This document shows positions 62,249-64,000 of a DNA stretch of 64,000 nt, in pieces. Positions within the stretch are counted from its first letter, which is position 1. Each line of letters starts with the position of its first letter. This DNA comes from a virus. The notes under the pieces are model-generated. The model did no database searches. It was not told the DNA's origin and worked only from the letters and a program-made list of their open reading frames with translations. Both the position numbers and the translations under genes were made by a program. Location: IMG/VR virus record IMGVR_UViG_3300045988_088194; one strand, given 5' to 3'.

Positions 62249-62321
62249 TTGAAGGGGAAAGATTTGAACTTTCATCTACCTGTTTCAAAGACAGGAATGT
62301 TCACCGTTACACCACCCTTCA
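62249..62321 (-). tRNA. tRNA-Gln (anticodon TTG)
   Basis: Acceptor TGAAGGG/CCCTTCA, D stem GTGT/ACAT, anticodon stem CCTGT/ACAGG, loop CTTTGAA, T arm GAAAG-TTCAAAT-CTTTC. Confidence 0.85.
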
Positions 62322-62333
62322 ATATAAGAAGGA

Positions 62334-62570
62334 CTAAGCCTTCTTAACAGTTTTCTTTGTTGCCTTTACAGGCGCTTCCTTTACTACCTCAACCACCTTT
62401 TCTACCTCTTTGATAATATCTCTCTTAAAGAGATAACCTGCTGCAAATCCAGCAATCACTGAAACAAGGCAGGCAAGTGTAGCCCAGAATGGGAACAGCT
62501 TAATAAGTCCAAGTGACCCAACTACTACCACTGCTACAATAGCAAGTGCAATCCATCTTTTTGTATTCAT
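62334..62570 (-). CDS. small two-TM membrane protein (78 aa)
   Basis: Two hydrophobic helices (WIALAIVAVVVVGSLGLIKLF, WATLACLVSVIAGFAAGYLF) and a Lys/Val/Glu-rich tail. First gene behind a full-consensus promoter, leading the tRNA array. Confidence 0.65.
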   Translation of the reverse strand: MNTKRWIALAIVAVVVVGSLGLIKLFPFWATLACLVSVIAGFAAGYLFKRDIIKEVEKVVEVVKEAPVKATKKTVKKA

Positions 62571-62594
62571 CTTCTCTTTATTTGAATTGTTCTA

Positions 62595-62626
62595 CAAAGG
62601 TAAGTAAAAAATTTGATATATGCAAA
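62595..62626 (-). promoter_or_regulatory. Bacteroidota-type promoter candidate for the membrane-protein/tRNA operon
   Basis: Minus strand reads TTTG-catatatcaaattttttact-TACCTTTG, 24 nt upstream of ATG 62570. Confidence 0.6.
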
Positions 62627-62627
62627 T

Positions 62628-62771
62628 TTATTTATACTTTTTTCTATTATTTTTCAATAATCCTCCTTCATCATATATCTTCTTCATATCAGACAAAGAG
62701 CCTACTCCTGCTTTCAGGAATAGGCTCATCAAGTCTGACCTTTCCTTCATTGTAAGGTCATTCCATTTCAT
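62628..62771 (-). CDS. small ORF (47 aa), below the track threshold
   Basis: Hand translation: MKWNDLTMKERSDLMSLFLKAGVGSLSDMKKIYDEGGLLKNNRKKYK. The ATG lies 1 nt after the upstream stop (TAATATG), and the ORF's stop abuts the -33 element of the next promoter. Confidence 0.35.
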   Translation of the reverse strand: MKWNDLTMKERSDLMSLFLKAGVGSLSDMKKIYDEGGLLKNNRKKYK

Positions 62772-62772
62772 A

Positions 62773-63384
62773 TTATCTATCAGCAAAGGATATCTTATAT
62801 AAATCTACATAAATAGTTTCTTCTGTATTGACAACTGAAACTGCAATCCCAGTTTCATTTTGATAATCTATATATAGGTCAGAAGCAGGAAAGTCACTTG
62901 GGAAAAAGTCTATTCTTCCTGTTTCTGGAATAGAGCCAGAATATGAAGAAGTAGACTGCCCCAGAGGATTAGTCCATCTTATGACCAGAGATGGTGCATT
63001 CTTATCCCATCCATCATTAGGGTAAGTATCTGCAAGGTAGTTTACTACATCATGTATGTACTTTGCATCTATATTAAATTCTGCTGCGAATTCAAGAGTA
63101 GCACTGCCCTCCGTATGATATATTATCTCTGGATAAGATATCCCATAGTTCTGGCTAAAGGTAACATCATTTATAACTGAACTTACATCCTGAGATATCC
63201 TTACTGCCCCTACTATAGGGACACCTGCCTGTGCTATATTCAATGTGGCTTGTACTCCATTAGCAGTCCTTGCAACCATCTGAGATTTCCTCTCCCCTCC
63301 CATGTTTCCCATGGCTGAAATATTAACTGTTTCTACCCCTTCCGTGCCAGAGGTCTTGTCAAGTGTAATCCAATTAGGTTTCAT
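62773..63384 (-). CDS. BACON-like N-terminal domain protein (203 aa)
   Basis: MKPNWITLDKTSGTEGVETVNISAMGNMGGERKSQMVARTANGVQATLNIAQAG follows the BACON pattern (W.t....sG..g...v.i....N.g.eR.a.i.v......a.l.i.Q.g). Confidence 0.65.
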   Translation of the reverse strand: MKPNWITLDKTSGTEGVETVNISAMGNMGGERKSQMVARTANGVQATLNIAQAGVPIVGAVRISQDVSSVINDVTFSQNYGISYPEIIYHTEGSATLEFAAEFNIDAKYIHDVVNYLADTYPNDGWDKNAPSLVIRWTNPLGQSTSSYSGSIPETGRIDFFPSDFPASDLYIDYQNETGIAVSVVNTEETIYVDLYKISFADR

Positions 63385-63746
63385 TTTAACTTTCTTCTTA
63401 ATTTCTTATTAAATACAAATTTAATCCAACTGTATCTTTTCCTACTCTTTAAGTAGTTAAGATTATTCTCATTGTTGAATGCTTCCTCTTCAAAAGATAT
63501 ATCACTGTAAGCCTTATCATAAGGTGGCAACAGCACCTCTAAAAGCCACTCTATAAAATACCATATATAGAAGAAGATATATCCAAGTTCCTTCATCTGT
63601 TCTGTATGAATAGACTCATGATTAATGGTTCTTGGAGATACATAAGGCTCAGGTTTTCCCTTCTCCTGTCTTACAAAGAGAGTTCCAAACAAATTAATTG
63701 CAAAGAACCCCTTGAAAGGAATAAATCTATTGTAAATTATCTTCAT
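63381..63746 (-). CDS. small HExxH zinc-metallopeptidase-like protein (121 aa)
   Basis: INHESIHTEQ (HExxHxxQ) followed by a hydrophobic segment FFYIWYFIEWLLEVLL. ATGA-type overlap with the downstream gene. Confidence 0.6.
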   Translation of the reverse strand: MKIIYNRFIPFKGFFAINLFGTLFVRQEKGKPEPYVSPRTINHESIHTEQMKELGYIFFYIWYFIEWLLEVLLPPYDKAYSDISFEEEAFNNENNLNYLKSRKRYSWIKFVFNKKLRRKLK

Positions 63747-63775
63747 GGTATGTTAATCTATGCCCTGCGGGCAGC

Positions 63776-64000
63776 TTAGATGACATGTTGATTAAGGAGA
63801 GAGTTTATACATTTGGCACTCCATTCTACTATAGGCTCATCATTATATTCATTGAGGTACTGTCCTTCCAAGAATATGGCATGGAACAGTTCATGCAATA
63901 CAGTAACCCTGATATTATTCTCCTTATAAGGATTACCGTTTATATCTCTCAATGATATTCTTATAGTCCTTGTATTTGGGTCTGTCTCCCCCAATAGGGT
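63776..64000 (-). CDS. HExxH metallopeptidase-like protein, C-terminal part (5' end outside the window)
   Basis: VTVLHELFHAIF (HExxH). The frame is open to the window edge; the track 'M' at 63994 is a TTG. Confidence 0.55.
   Translation of the reverse strand, partial: TLLGETDPNTRTIRISLRDINGNPYKENNIRVTVLHELFHAIFLEGQYLNEYNDEPIVEWSAKCINSLLNQHVI

Noticed and set aside
60234-62321. The tRNA cluster as a prophage attachment region, or the window as an integrated element.
   Set aside because: No integrase, excisionase, repressor or flanking bacterial genes are present. The tRNAs are phage-internal and co-transcribed with phage genes.
1-64000. Stop-codon reassignment (TAG or TGA recoding), which is reported for some crAss-like lineages.
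   Set aside because: All large genes are intact under the standard code, including ORFs of 3,507, 1,885 and 1,768 aa. None of the 17 tRNAs has a CTA, TCA or TTA anticodon.
1-64000. CRISPR arrays, rRNA genes, transposases and long direct repeats.
   Set aside because: I saw no regularly spaced repeats, no rRNA-like sequence and no transposase motifs while reading the window. I cannot exclude dispersed repeats shorter than about 15 nt without a computational scan.

Overview
This window looks like part of a crAss-like (Crassvirales-type) podophage genome from a Bacteroidota host. It has two convergent transcription blocks that meet at a bidirectional terminator near 20.95 kb. The plus-strand block (1-20937) starts with the 3' part of a family A DNA polymerase. 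A translationally coupled operon follows: DUF3310-like, RNA ligase, HicA-like, small acidic protein, two metallophosphoesterases and ThyX. Next comes a 3,507-aa ORF that joins polyvalent-protein-type modules and a PD-(D/E)xK nuclease signature to a two-barrel RNA polymerase (catalytic loop DFDID), then a 1,359-aa partner ORF. The minus-strand block (64000 down to 20993) starts with two HExxH proteins and a BACON-like protein. It continues with a promoter-driven operon holding a small membrane protein and 17 tRNAs, interrupted by a Dps-like gene. After that come small genes, large terminase, portal, fibre/BACON proteins, an embedded lysis cassette, and scaffold-like and major-capsid candidates. 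The block ends with adaptor/tail genes carrying a free-standing GIY-YIG homing endonuclease, a 1,885-aa tail protein and three large ejection/cargo-like proteins. Eight intergenic sites carry a Bacteroidota-type promoter pattern ((T/A/C)TTG-N20-TAnnTTTG), and most are fused to rho-independent terminator hairpins. I see no CRISPR array, integrase, rRNA or stop-codon reassignment. All functional calls rest on motifs read by eye and on memory of protein families; none was verified by a search.
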